A DNA stretch of 64,000 bases, taken from contig JAAYIQ010000146.1 of the NCBI GenBank assembly GCA_012523365.1, positions 466 through 64,465 of the forward strand, given 5' to 3'. Shown here piece after piece: positions 9,387 to 19,731 of this stretch; the first letter of the stretch is position 1, and every line of letters starts with the position of its first letter. Under the pieces are notes generated by a model that was given only the letters and a program-made list of their open reading frames with translations, was not told the DNA's origin and did no database searches. A program made the position numbers and the translations under genes. This stretch comes from Clostridiaceae bacterium. GTDB taxonomy: Bacteria; Bacillota; Clostridia; Saccharofermentanales; Saccharofermentanaceae.

Positions 9387-9553
9387 TATCCGGTGTTTAT
9401 CCGTATGGTTGTTTTTGTTTTATTCTTTGAAAAACTGGAATATGTGAGGATACTTTTTTCTTTTGTTCGGCATCCGCGCCGCTTCGCAATGTTACAATAT
9501 CAGTATCCGCGTGTTTTTGCGCCGTTCCCCATTTTTTGATATAACGGAGGAAA

Positions 9554-11113
9554 ATGATTATGCTCCGAGTGGCAACGATCGAGAACGGTAAGGTTCGCGG
9601 CTTGCCTGCCGCAGATCCGAGAGTGACTTCTTTTAAAGGGATCCCTTTTGCCGCACCACCCGTCGGTGAGAATCGATGGCGTGCTCCTCAACCTTGTCCG
9701 AACTGGAACGGTATCCGGGAGGCGTTTGAATTTGCACCGATCTCCGTTCAGGATACCCCCGGTCTCGGAACCGATATTTATTGCCGGGAATGGCATGTGG
9801 ATCCGGAAATACCGATGAGCGAGGACTGCCTGTACTTAAATGTTTGGACGAACGCCAAACGAGTCGACGAGCGGTTGCCCGTTCTTGTCTGGTTTTTCGG
9901 AGGAGGATTTCAGTGGGGGTATACCGCTGAGATGGAATTTGACGGAGAACGCATCGCCCGCCGCGGTGTCGTGGTCGTGAGCGTCAATTACCGTCTGGCT
10001 GCGCTCGGCTTTCTCGCGCATCCCGAAATCACGGCGCTTCAACCCGATTCACCCGCTAATTTCGGAAGTCTCGACCAACAAGCCGGTCTCAAATGGGTCG
10101 TACGTAACATCGCGGCTTTTGGCGGAGACCCGGATAATATTACCATAGCCGGGCAGTCTGCCGGCGGCATGAGTGTTATGAGTCAGATGACCTGTGCGGA
10201 TAACTGGGGTTTGTTTCAGCGGGCAATCGTGATGAGCGGCATGTTCAGAAGCCCGTACACGAAAGATTCGTTTGTCATTCCCAAATCGCTTTCGGAAGCC
10301 GAGAATACGGGTGCTGAATTTTTCAAATTTATGGGTGTTCGGAGTCTTGCCGAAGCGCGAGAACTGGATGCCCTGACCATCCGGGACAAATACGGGGAAT
10401 TCGCTAAGGACCATCCGCGATTTGCAATCATTCTGGACGACCGGTTCTGCAGGGAAGACCCGTTCCGTGCATTTCTCTTGAATCGACGCGCGCACGTCCC
10501 GATTCTTGTCGGCAACACACAGGATGAATTTTTAAGCTGCATCGTCGCCGAGAACCGGGAGCAGTTCGAATCCCGGGCGCGGGAAATTTTCGGGAAACGT
10601 GCGGATCGCTTCCTTGCGTTTGATCTTTCGCGGGAAAAATGTGAATGGGGTTACGCACCGGTGAACGACATCGAGTGCGCCGTCAAGGCGGCGTTTTTCG
10701 CGGAGAATAAGACGAAAGATCCGACGCCATGCTATTATTATCGATTTCTGCCCGATATTCCGGGCGATGACCGGCCGGGAACCTTTCATTCGGTTGATTT
10801 GTGGTTTTTCTTCGAAACGCTCGCGAAAAGCACGCGCCCGCATCGCGGCCGGCACTATGATCTTTCGCGGCAAATGTGTAATTATTTCGCGAACTTCATC
10901 AAAACGGGTGATCCCAACGGCCAAGACGACGACGGAAGCGAAATGCCGGTTTGGCAACCGTATACGGACGACTGCCGTGCAGAAATGCTTTTTGGCGACA
11001 ACGGAGCGGTGTCTTCGACGGAAAACGACACCTTCATGCGCTTTTTGTCCGAGCATGTTTACAGAGAAACCACAGGGGAGGAATTGGAAGATGGCAATGA
11101 AGCAAGCGTTTAA
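9554..11113 (+). CDS. type-B carboxylesterase (para-nitrobenzyl esterase family), cytoplasmic
   Basis: Oxyanion-hole block FGGGFQWG and nucleophile elbow GQSAGG, plus EDCLYLNVW. No signal peptide. The ATG at 9560 has better RBS spacing than 9554. Confidence 0.85.
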   Translation: MIMLRVATIENGKVRGLPAADPRVTSFKGIPFAAPPVGENRWRAPQPCPNWNGIREAFEFAPISVQDTPGLGTDIYCREWHVDPEIPMSEDCLYLNVWTNAKRVDERLPVLVWFFGGGFQWGYTAEMEFDGERIARRGVVVVSVNYRLAALGFLAHPEITALQPDSPANFGSLDQQAGLKWVVRNIAAFGGDPDNITIAGQSAGGMSVMSQMTCADNWGLFQRAIVMSGMFRSPYTKDSFVIPKSLSEAENTGAEFFKFMGVRSLAEARELDALTIRDKYGEFAKDHPRFAIILDDRFCREDPFRAFLLNRRAHVPILVGNTQDEFLSCIVAENREQFESRAREIFGKRADRFLAFDLSREKCEWGYAPVNDIECAVKAAFFAENKTKDPTPCYYYRFLPDIPGDDRPGTFHSVDLWFFFETLAKSTRPHRGRHYDLSRQMCNYFANFIKTGDPNGQDDDGSEMPVWQPYTDDCRAEMLFGDNGAVSSTENDTFMRFLSEHVYRETTGEELEDGNEASV

Positions 11114-12497
11114 CCCGTACCTTCCGAGTTGGGAATATATTCCCGACGGAGAGCCGCATGTTTTCGACGATCGAGTGTACGTATTCGGATCGCATGATTA
11201 TTTTAACGGATACGTATTCTGCCTCGGCGACTATATGTGTTGGTCGGCACCGATCAATGATTTAGCCGACTGGCGGTGTGAAGGTGTGATTTTCGGGAAA
11301 ACGGATGATCCGCTCAATCGGGAGGGCAGGATGTGCCTGTACGCTCCGGACGTGACCCGGGGGCCGGATGGCCGCTACTACCTCTACTATGTTTTGGATA
11401 AGGTTTCGGTCGTGTCGGTTGCGGTCAGCGATTCACCCGGAGGCAAGTATGATTTTTTGGGATATGTTCGCTATCCGGACGGAGTACTTCTCGGTGAGCG
11501 GGAGGGCGACGAGCCGTCTTTTGATCCGGCGGTGCTGACAGAGGGCGAGAAGACATACTTGTATCTCGGATTCTGCGGAAAAGGTGACAAATCAAGGACC
11601 GGTTGCATGGCTACTGTCCTTGAAAAGGACATGCTTACCGTTTCGGAAGCGCCGGTGCTCGTCATTCCGGGAGCCGAATACAGCCGGGGCACCGGATATG
11701 AAGGCCATGCCTATTTTGAGGCACCTTCCATCCGTAAGGTCGGTGACAAATACTGTCTGGTCTATTCTTCCCAGGTGATGCATGAACTCTGTTACGCGAT
11801 GAGCGACAACCCCGCGGAAGGCTTTTCTTATAAGGGGGTTCTGGTAAGTAACTGCGACCTCGCAATCGCTACATATAAGCCGGCGGACATGCCGTCTGCT
11901 TACGGCGCGAACAACCACGGCGGAATCGTACGGATCGGTGAAAACTGGTTTATTTTTTACCACAGACACACCAACGGAACCTGGTACAGCCGTCAAGGCT
12001 GTGCGGAACCGCTGAAGCTACTTTCGGACGGACGATTTCCACAGGTGGAAATGACGTCGTGCGGCCTGAACGGAGGTCCTCTGCGCGGCGAAGGCGAATA
12101 TCCCGCATATATCGCCTGTAACCTTTTTACCGACAAACCATCCGTTTATGTCGGTGGCGAGGGTTTCCCCAGAATCATGCAAGACGGCAGAGACGGAGAC
12201 GAAGAAATCGGTTATATTGCCAATATCAAAAACAGCGCAACTATGGGTTTTAAGTATTTTGACTGCAAGGGAGTGAACGGGATTCGCGTAACTACCCGCG
12301 GGTATGCGGGCGGCGACCTCGAGGTCAGAACCGCGATCGGAGGAGAGGTGTTGGCGAAGATACCCATCCCGTTCAGCAACATATGGGAGACCGGGACGGC
12401 GGCCATGGCTTTGCCCGACGGCGTTCATGCGATATACTTAACCTATCGCGGCGGCGGTAACGCGTCCTTGAAATCGTTTGAGCTATGCGCGGGATAA
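11091..12497 (+). CDS. GH43 family glycoside hydrolase (beta-xylosidase/alpha-L-arabinofuranosidase type)
   Basis: [31 protein letters not shown]-terminus and LYAPDV...GRYYLYY block. ATG at 11091 preceded by GGGGAGGAA. It overlaps the esterase stop by 23 nt. The ORF-track start at 10767 is an out-of-frame read-through of the esterase gene. Confidence 0.78.
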   Translation: MAMKQAFNPYLPSWEYIPDGEPHVFDDRVYVFGSHDYFNGYVFCLGDYMCWSAPINDLADWRCEGVIFGKTDDPLNREGRMCLYAPDVTRGPDGRYYLYYVLDKVSVVSVAVSDSPGGKYDFLGYVRYPDGVLLGEREGDEPSFDPAVLTEGEKTYLYLGFCGKGDKSRTGCMATVLEKDMLTVSEAPVLVIPGAEYSRGTGYEGHAYFEAPSIRKVGDKYCLVYSSQVMHELCYAMSDNPAEGFSYKGVLVSNCDLAIATYKPADMPSAYGANNHGGIVRIGENWFIFYHRHTNGTWYSRQGCAEPLKLLSDGRFPQVEMTSCGLNGGPLRGEGEYPAYIACNLFTDKPSVYVGGEGFPRIMQDGRDGDEEIGYIANIKNSATMGFKYFDCKGVNGIRVTTRGYAGGDLEVRTAIGGEVLAKIPIPFSNIWETGTAAMALPDGVHAIYLTYRGGGNASLKSFELCAG

Positions 12498-12556
12498 CCC
12501 TTTTAAAGCAACCGGGACAACGTTTTATTTCGAAAATCATCATCGGAGGTAAATAT

Positions 12557-13999
12557 ATGGACAGAATCACGATCGGCCGGATGGAAAATGCACCCGTGAT
12601 CGACAGAAACATCTACGGACACTTTGCCGAACATCTCGGTCATTGCATTTACGAGGGCATTTTCGTCGGGAAGGACAGTCGGATCCCGAATGTCAACGGA
12701 ATTCGCAGTGATGTCGTCGAGGCAATGAAACGCATAAATCTTCCGATTCTTCGTTGGCCGGGCGGATGCTTTGCCGACGAATATCACTGGCGGGACGGCA
12801 TCGGACAGCAAAGAAGGCGAATGGTCAATACCAACTGGGGCGGCATTGTCGAGGATAACACCTTCGGAACGCATGAATTTATGGAGCTTTGCCGTCAGGT
12901 CGGTTGTACGCCTTATGTCAACGTAAACGTCGGAAGCGGTACGGTTCGAGAGATGGCCGAATGGGTCGAGTACATGAACAGTGACGGCGATTCGACGACC
13001 GTTCGGGAGCGGTGGGATAACGGCCGCAAGGAGCCCTTCAATGTTCGCTTTTGGGGTATCGGCAACGAGAACTGGGGCGGAGGCGGCAATATGCGGCCCG
13101 AATACTATTCCGATGTGTATCGGCAGTTCCAGACCTTTTGCCGGACGTACGGCGATAATGTGCCGTACCGGATCGCCTGCGGCTCCGACGGTGAGGACCT
13201 CGAGTGGACGGAGGTCATGATGCGCACTGCGGCGAAGTTTATGGACGGGTTGTCTCTTCACTATTACACAGTGACCAAGACATGGGAGGACAAAGGCAGT
13301 GCGACGGAATTTGATGATGAGCTCTATTTGCAGACGCTTAAAAAGGCTCTTCGCATCGACGAACTGATCACCAATCACGGCGCGATCATGGATCGCTTTG
13401 ACCCCGAGCGCCGAATCGGCATGATCGTCGACGAATGGGGGTGCTGGCACAACGTCGAACCCGGCACGAATCCGGGATTTCTCTATCAACAGAACACGAT
13501 GCGCGACGCGATGGTCGCTGCATTGTCACTCAATATATTCAACCGTCACAGTGAGCGCGTACGTATGGCGAACATCGCCCAGGCGGTGAACGTCCTTCAG
13601 TCGATTGCTTTAACGGACGGAGATAAAATGCTCCTTACACCGACTTATCATGTTTTTGACCTCTATCAGGGGCACATGGATGCGGAACTTCTTCAGTGTA
13701 TGGTCGAGTGCAAGAGCCTGAAGAACGGGATCGGACAACTGAGCGTATCCGCTTCTCGAAAAGCAGAAGCCATAACGCTTACGATCGCAAATTTCACCGA
13801 CGAAACTACCGTTCGAATCGACGGGGTCAACGCGAAGCGTGTGAGCGGTCGAATTCTGAAAGGATCGCCACGGGCGTACAACACTTTTGATGAGCCGAAC
13901 TTCGTCTGTCCCGATTCTTTTGGGGAAGTTAAACTTTTCGATGATTACGTGGAGGCGAAGCTTCCCGCAAACAGCATCGTCGCACTATCTTTCAACTGA
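12557..13999 (+). CDS. abfA: alpha-L-arabinofuranosidase, GH51
   Basis: [42 protein letters not shown] (acid/base Glu) and VDEWGCWH (nucleophile Glu). GGAGG RBS before the ATG at 12557. No signal peptide. Confidence 0.9.
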   Translation: MDRITIGRMENAPVIDRNIYGHFAEHLGHCIYEGIFVGKDSRIPNVNGIRSDVVEAMKRINLPILRWPGGCFADEYHWRDGIGQQRRRMVNTNWGGIVEDNTFGTHEFMELCRQVGCTPYVNVNVGSGTVREMAEWVEYMNSDGDSTTVRERWDNGRKEPFNVRFWGIGNENWGGGGNMRPEYYSDVYRQFQTFCRTYGDNVPYRIACGSDGEDLEWTEVMMRTAAKFMDGLSLHYYTVTKTWEDKGSATEFDDELYLQTLKKALRIDELITNHGAIMDRFDPERRIGMIVDEWGCWHNVEPGTNPGFLYQQNTMRDAMVAALSLNIFNRHSERVRMANIAQAVNVLQSIALTDGDKMLLTPTYHVFDLYQGHMDAELLQCMVECKSLKNGIGQLSVSASRKAEAITLTIANFTDETTVRIDGVNAKRVSGRILKGSPRAYNTFDEPNFVCPDSFGEVKLFDDYVEAKLPANSIVALSFN

Positions 14000-14118
14000 A
14001 ATATAAAACGACTCTGATTGACAGTTTCCTGTCGGTGTGGCATTAATCGAGTCAGGATCATGTCGGCATGCGAAAAGAAGCGAAGCGATTCGTAATAAAA
14101 GGCAAGGAGATTATAGTC

Positions 14119-15345
14119 ATGGATTACAATCACAGACTGGCCTCATCCCCAATTCGGTTGATTCGCAATGACGGAACACCTCTGACCGGTGCGAAGGTCT
14201 CTTTTGAGTTGAAAAAACACGAATTTCTTTTTGGTTGCGGAGCCGGGGACGCGGTTGCCGCCGCGAATCCGAGAGGCAATACTCATCTCGATGCCATGGC
14301 GAACGATCGCCTCGAGAAGTGGCTGAAATTGTTTAATTTCGGTACGGTTCATTGTTATTGGCAGCTATTTGAACCGAAGCGCGGGGAACCGATGACGGAT
14401 GTATTGATGCGTGGCGCCCGGCTTTTGCGCCAGAAGGATGTTGATGTCAAGGGACACCCTCTCAGCTGGCATACACTTGCGCCCGATTGGCTTTTGGAGA
14501 TGTCCGAGGATGAGATTCTCCGTGAGCTTCTGGCAAGGATTGAGCGTGACGTTACTGATTTTAAGGGAGTGATCGATATTTGGGATGTCATTAACGAAGT
14601 CGTCATTATGCCGGTTTTCGATAAGTATGACAACGGAATCACCAGGCTTTGCAAAAAAATCGGCAGGTTCGGCATCGTCGAGCAGGTATTCAGAAAGGCT
14701 CGCGAGTGTAACCCGGGTGCCACCTTGCTTCTCAATGATTTTAACATGTCCCAGTCTTATGAAATACTCATTGAGGGGCTTCTGGACAAGGGCGTTTCGA
14801 TCGATGTCATCGGCTTACAGTCCCATCAGCATCAGGGCTATTGGGGTCGGGAGAAACTCGAGGAGGTTCTGGAGCGCTTCGAACGTTTCGGCTTGCCGAT
14901 CCACTTCACCGAGAACACTTTTGTTTCGGGCGAACTGATGCCTCCGGAGATTGACGATCTGAACGATTTTGTTGTGGATGAATGGCCTTCGACCCCCGAA
15001 TTTGAGGATCGTCAAGCCGAGAATATCCGTGAAATGTATTCGATCCTTTTTGCTCACCCGCTCGTCGGCGGAATAACACAGTGGGATTTCTCCGACGGCT
15101 TATGGCTCAAGGCTCCGTCGGGTATCATCCGCAAGGACGGAACAATCAAGCCGGCGTATGAGATGTTGGATCGACTGATTAATCGTGACTGGCATACCTC
15201 GGTTACAATCGAAACCAACAGCGAAGGGATTGCGGAGCTTTCCGGTTTCCGCGGAGAATATACCGTATCTTACGGCAATTTATCGGGAAGGTTTACGTTG
15301 AATAACGACGAGCCAAGAAGTGTTTTCCTCACTGATAACGCATAA
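14119..15345 (+). CDS. GH10-like endo-1,4-beta-xylanase family protein, cytoplasmic
   Basis: WDVINEV (acid/base Glu) and IHFTENTF (nucleophile Glu) blocks, plus IGLQSHQH. AAGGAGA RBS before the ATG at 14119. Confidence 0.7.
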   Translation: MDYNHRLASSPIRLIRNDGTPLTGAKVSFELKKHEFLFGCGAGDAVAAANPRGNTHLDAMANDRLEKWLKLFNFGTVHCYWQLFEPKRGEPMTDVLMRGARLLRQKDVDVKGHPLSWHTLAPDWLLEMSEDEILRELLARIERDVTDFKGVIDIWDVINEVVIMPVFDKYDNGITRLCKKIGRFGIVEQVFRKARECNPGATLLLNDFNMSQSYEILIEGLLDKGVSIDVIGLQSHQHQGYWGREKLEEVLERFERFGLPIHFTENTFVSGELMPPEIDDLNDFVVDEWPSTPEFEDRQAENIREMYSILFAHPLVGGITQWDFSDGLWLKAPSGIIRKDGTIKPAYEMLDRLINRDWHTSVTIETNSEGIAELSGFRGEYTVSYGNLSGRFTLNNDEPRSVFLTDNA

Positions 15346-15380
15346 ACAATGGAATCCTGACAGAAAACGGAGGTTGGTGA

Positions 15381-16025
15381 ATGAATATATTCAGCTATAA
15401 CAGCCCTTTCGGACGATTCATGAACCGCCTGGTCGACGTCATTCTGCTAAGTTTACTAACTATCATATGCTGTCTTCCGATCATCACGGCCGGAGCGGCT
15501 TTTTCGGCATTGTATTATGTTCTTCTTAAGATGGTGCGTGACAATGATAACGGGATCATCCGAAGTTATTTCAAAGGATTCAAAGACAATTTTCTGAAAG
15601 CAACCGCTCTTTGGCTCATCGTCGCTCCGGTCATTGTAATCGTGTATTTGGACTTCTATCTGTTATCGACCGTTGCGATGGACTATTCTGATGTCGTGAA
15701 GATTCTTCTTCTGATTATCGGGGCACTCCTGTTGATGGTCGGAAACTACATATTCCCGATGCAGGCTCAATTCGAAAATACGGTATGGGGTACTTTGAAG
15801 AAAGCCTTTATTCTCAGTATCATGAATCTCCCCAAAAGTTTAATTATGCTTCTTATTATGGCCAGTCCGATCGTCATTCTGCTGTTTTTCCCGGAAACGG
15901 TTTATTTCCTGCCGTTTTTTTGTATTGCCGCGATTCCCTATCTCAAGACGGAAATACTCGTGAGAATTTTTGATCAATATATGCCGAAGGAGACGGACGG
16001 GGAAGCATCCGGAGAACCGGAATGA
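15381..16025 (+). CDS. YesL-like DUF624 integral membrane protein
   Basis: About 214 aa with 5-6 TM. The N-terminal pattern NRLVDVILLSLLTIICCLPIITAGAAFSALYYVLLKMVRD is typical of DUF624. ATGA overlap with the downstream kinase. Confidence 0.7.
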   Translation: MNIFSYNSPFGRFMNRLVDVILLSLLTIICCLPIITAGAAFSALYYVLLKMVRDNDNGIIRSYFKGFKDNFLKATALWLIVAPVIVIVYLDFYLLSTVAMDYSDVVKILLLIIGALLLMVGNYIFPMQAQFENTVWGTLKKAFILSIMNLPKSLIMLLIMASPIVILLFFPETVYFLPFFCIAAIPYLKTEILVRIFDQYMPKETDGEASGEPE

Positions 16026-17884
16026 AGCCGAGAGATATTCGAAAATCAAATAAATCACCGTTATCCGGAATCTTCGCTCCGGCAAAGCTTCTTGCGGTTT
16101 CGGTTACCGATTATCTGAACAATATGAAGCTTCGCAACAAAATGATTCTTATGTGTGTGATTTGCGTTCTTCTTCCGATTGCGGCGACCAATGCCATTTT
16201 TTTCTCATTGATGTACAATGCGGAGAAAGAGCGTCAGCAGTATGAAATCAATAACACATTGAAGTCGGTCGAAAGTACCATCGATAATATGACTGATTAC
16301 CTTACCCGGGCGGCGGTCAATCTCTATACTACCAAGGATCTCTATCCGTTTCTCGATGAGGAGTACACGAGCGGCTATGATTATCTGATTGCATATAAGT
16401 CCAATTCCGCACTGTTTCATAAAGTGACTTTCGGCAACAATACATATATCTCAAGCGCACTAATATACTGCGACAACGACACGCTGATAAACGGAGGAGG
16501 AATCAGCCGTTTGGATAGCGCGAAAGAAACAGAGTGGTACAAACGGTTTGTTATTTCAGGCAGTCAAATGGCCATAATCCCAAGCCTCAATTCAACATCG
16601 GATGTTGATAAACGAGAACTGTCGCTCCTGTGCCCGATGAATTATAACTTAGACACAAAGCGCGAGCGTATTATCAAACTAAACCTGAATTACTACTATT
16701 TCACAAAGATGCTTAATCAGCAGTATTACAATGCCGATGTATACATATGCGATAGTGAACGAGTTTTATTTTCAACGGTTGACCCGGATCGGGGCACGCG
16801 CGACTTTTCTCGGCTTGAGGATATTGACTTGTCAAAAGCAACCCATTCGGTCGAGTATCAGATTTTCGGAGATGCGTGGAAGATTTTCATAGTCCCGCAC
16901 AGCCAAATGAGTATTAACGCGGTCGAGGTAATTCAGAGGCACTGGCATTTGTTTATCGTACTGATTCTCATCAATATGCTGCTTCCGGCTATCGCGATCT
17001 ATTATATCAGCCGCTCATTTACGCATCGTATTATTGTGTTGGGCGATCATCTCAAAATGGTGAAAGACGAGAAATATATTCGAATGGATAACACTTCATC
17101 ACGAGACGAAATCGGTGACCTCGTTAATAATTACAACCTTATGGTTGAACAGATCGATAATATGACCGGAGTCGTTTTCAAAGAGAAAATCAGGCGTCAG
17201 GATTATGAATTGGCAAAACAAAGAGCCGAGCTCCAAGCCTTACACAGCCAGATCAACCCGCATTTTATTTTCAACGCGCTTGAAAGTATCCGGATGAGAA
17301 GTCTATTGAAACATGAAACGGAAACGTCAGAGGTTATCGAGCTTTTGGCGGTTCTGATGCGAAAATCCACAGATTGGTGGGGAGACTGCGTTACGCTCGC
17401 CGACGAAGTGAATTTTGCCGAAGCATATTTAAAGCTTCAACAATACCGATTCGGAAAACGTCTCAGTTACAAACTGAGCGTCAATGAAGATTGTCTGAAC
17501 CTTCTTCTGCCCAAATTAACATTGGTCACATTTGTTGAGAATGCATGCGTTCATGGCGTGGAGAGCGTCGGACATGATTGTATGGTGCTGATTTCCGCCG
17601 AGAAGGAAAACGGGACGCTGAGTATTTATGTAGAGGATACCGGTGCTGGAATGAGCCAGAAACAGCAGGAGGAGATACTCCGCGAAATGCGTGAGGGCGA
17701 TATCGAAAGCCTTCGTGGAAGGCGATCGGTAGGTATACTCAACGCATGCCTCAGACTTCGAAAATACTTCGGTGATGATATTGTTTTCGAGATTGACAGC
17801 GAACCCAAGGCCGGGACTTGCATCACCATACGCATTCCGATCGACAGAATGAAGAGACAGGAGGAGAGATTAAAAAATGCTTAA
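16022..17884 (+). CDS. sensor histidine kinase, YesM/LytS-type (two TM, HAMP, His_kinase, HATPase_c)
   Basis: QINPHFIFNALESI phospho-acceptor block and EDTGAGM ATP-lid. An alternative start MKLRNKM at 16124 is possible. Confidence 0.85.
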   Translation: MKPRDIRKSNKSPLSGIFAPAKLLAVSVTDYLNNMKLRNKMILMCVICVLLPIAATNAIFFSLMYNAEKERQQYEINNTLKSVESTIDNMTDYLTRAAVNLYTTKDLYPFLDEEYTSGYDYLIAYKSNSALFHKVTFGNNTYISSALIYCDNDTLINGGGISRLDSAKETEWYKRFVISGSQMAIIPSLNSTSDVDKRELSLLCPMNYNLDTKRERIIKLNLNYYYFTKMLNQQYYNADVYICDSERVLFSTVDPDRGTRDFSRLEDIDLSKATHSVEYQIFGDAWKIFIVPHSQMSINAVEVIQRHWHLFIVLILINMLLPAIAIYYISRSFTHRIIVLGDHLKMVKDEKYIRMDNTSSRDEIGDLVNNYNLMVEQIDNMTGVVFKEKIRRQDYELAKQRAELQALHSQINPHFIFNALESIRMRSLLKHETETSEVIELLAVLMRKSTDWWGDCVTLADEVNFAEAYLKLQQYRFGKRLSYKLSVNEDCLNLLLPKLTLVTFVENACVHGVESVGHDCMVLISAEKENGTLSIYVEDTGAGMSQKQQEEILREMREGDIESLRGRRSVGILNACLRLRKYFGDDIVFEIDSEPKAGTCITIRIPIDRMKRQEERLKNA

Positions 17885-19493
17885 TGTCTTAATCGTGGAC
17901 GACGAGCCATATATTCGTCAGGGACTCGCCGTCTTGATTGATTGGGAGGCGGAGGGCTTTTGTATTGCCGGGGAAGCCGCAAACGGGGAGGATGCCCTTT
18001 CCCTGCTCAAGAAGGGCGACTTCGACCTCGTTATCGCCGATATTCGCATGCCTGTTATGGGCGGCATTGAGCTTATAAAAGAGTCGCGTCAATTGGGCCT
18101 CAATCACTTACGCTTTGTGATTTTGAGCGGTCATTACGAATTCGAATATGCGAAAGAAGCAATACGATACAGTTGTACCGACTACATCCTGAAGCCGATT
18201 AAGCAAGAGGAACTTCTTGTTCTGCTCCGGAAAGTAGATGCCGATTGTGCGATGAGCAAGGCGGCGGAAGTGCAGGAGGAGTTCCGCGACCGTGTTGTAT
18301 TGGAACGACATTTATCATCGATAATCCTCGGAAAATTTGACAGCATCAATCTAGATTATGTGCGTGTACATATCCCGCCGAGTAAGTTTTACCGCTATGT
18401 CAATATTCAATTGGACACATCGGATATGCGGGTGCGTACGGCTGATGAGCAGGCGAAGAGAGCCATGCAGCGCAGGCTGTACGATCATCTCCGTCGTGTA
18501 ATGGGCAGAAACAGCCGGCATATTATTTTTGATGTAAACAAGCAAGAAGAGTGCTTCGACGTCGGCTTTGTTTTTTCGGATAATCTTGCGAATGAGCAGT
18601 CCATGTTTGAGAAGCAATATCTTGAATGGTTCGCGGAAAAAGCTTCGAGCATTGAATACGGTATAACCGTTCAGGCCGGCTGTCAGGTTTCTTCGCTCGA
18701 AAAGTTGTCCGACTCTTTTCGATCGGCTTCTATCGCCAAATTGATGCATAATTTCTCCGACGGAGGGTTAGCTCTGTCCAATGAAGAAACGAAAGTTGAA
18801 AAGCAGTCCGTTGAAATCGGTTACGGTGAGCAAAAACGGAGAATGGACGAATTAATCTCCTCCATCGAGCGCGGGGATCGGCAGGAGATCGAGCACAATG
18901 TCGGAGAACTTTATCTGCTGATGAGCGAATCGAACATGGACTATAAATCCATTGAGTTGAATATGAATTATGTCATGTTCAGCCTTTTGCATCTCGCCGC
19001 CGTAAGAGACCCGAACATTAACCAAGAGGAAATTGTCGGATACCTGATCGAAAATGCTTTTGACCGGGGCGTATCCAGAGGAAGTCGGAGCCATTTTCAG
19101 AAATTTTGCATTCAATATTCCGAATACCTGGAACAATTGAATACACCGGCTTCGAGCAGTGTGATCACCAAGGTGGAGCAGGAAATCAAGGAATGCTATA
19201 TGCAGAATATCAGCTTGAAATCATTAAGCGAGAAGTATTTTATTAACAGCGCCTATCTCGGTCAGCTTTTCAAAAAACACTACGGTACTTCTTTTAAGGA
19301 CTACCTGAATAATCAGAGAATTAACGTTGCGGCAGAGATGCTTGTCAACACAGGAAAACGTGTGTATGAGATTTCCGAGGCAGTAGGATATCAAAGTCTG
19401 GATTATTTTATATCGAAGTTTGTCGCATCCAAAGGTCATACTCCGACTCAATACAGAAAGCGGTGCGCAAAGCGTCAAGAGGGAAACGATTAG
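17877..19493 (+). CDS. response regulator, CheY receiver + AraC-type HTH (YesN-like)
   Basis: VLIVDDEPYIR...DLVIADIRMP receiver motifs. C-terminal AraC HTH (INSAYLGQLFKKHYGTSFKDYLNNQRI...GYQSLDYFISKF). 8-nt overlap with the kinase. Confidence 0.88.
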   Translation: MLNVLIVDDEPYIRQGLAVLIDWEAEGFCIAGEAANGEDALSLLKKGDFDLVIADIRMPVMGGIELIKESRQLGLNHLRFVILSGHYEFEYAKEAIRYSCTDYILKPIKQEELLVLLRKVDADCAMSKAAEVQEEFRDRVVLERHLSSIILGKFDSINLDYVRVHIPPSKFYRYVNIQLDTSDMRVRTADEQAKRAMQRRLYDHLRRVMGRNSRHIIFDVNKQEECFDVGFVFSDNLANEQSMFEKQYLEWFAEKASSIEYGITVQAGCQVSSLEKLSDSFRSASIAKLMHNFSDGGLALSNEETKVEKQSVEIGYGEQKRRMDELISSIERGDRQEIEHNVGELYLLMSESNMDYKSIELNMNYVMFSLLHLAAVRDPNINQEEIVGYLIENAFDRGVSRGSRSHFQKFCIQYSEYLEQLNTPASSSVITKVEQEIKECYMQNISLKSLSEKYFINSAYLGQLFKKHYGTSFKDYLNNQRINVAAEMLVNTGKRVYEISEAVGYQSLDYFISKFVASKGHTPTQYRKRCAKRQEGND

Positions 19494-19731
19494 CCCATGT
19501 TTCGGGCTTTACGACATCCCGTGATTCGAAGTTTGTAGGGGTATTTTCATACTTTGCAAGGTTGTTGTTTCTGCCCCTAAATTTAGAATATTAATGATAG
19601 CTCAAGAAATAACGGACTTGAGCATAGAACCTAAACCATTCCATTATGAAAACGTAAGCGTCACTCCAAGTGTCGGTTTCGTTTCTCATGACGGAAAAGG
19701 GAGGAAAAATGAGAAGGGGGATTTCAAAAAA

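Noticed and set aside
9147-9539. ORFs overlapping the tRNA genes: 9077-9430, 9147-9539, 9092-9304 and 42178-42435.
   Set aside because: They run through tRNA-Leu or tRNA-Pro and their promoter and terminator structures. No RBS or domain signal.
10767-11090. A 108-codon upstream extension of the GH43 ORF, overlapping the esterase gene in another frame.
   Set aside because: The extension has a basic, low-complexity composition. The conserved GH43 N-terminus begins right after the ATG at 11091, which has a strong RBS. The region is fully accounted for by the esterase C-terminus.
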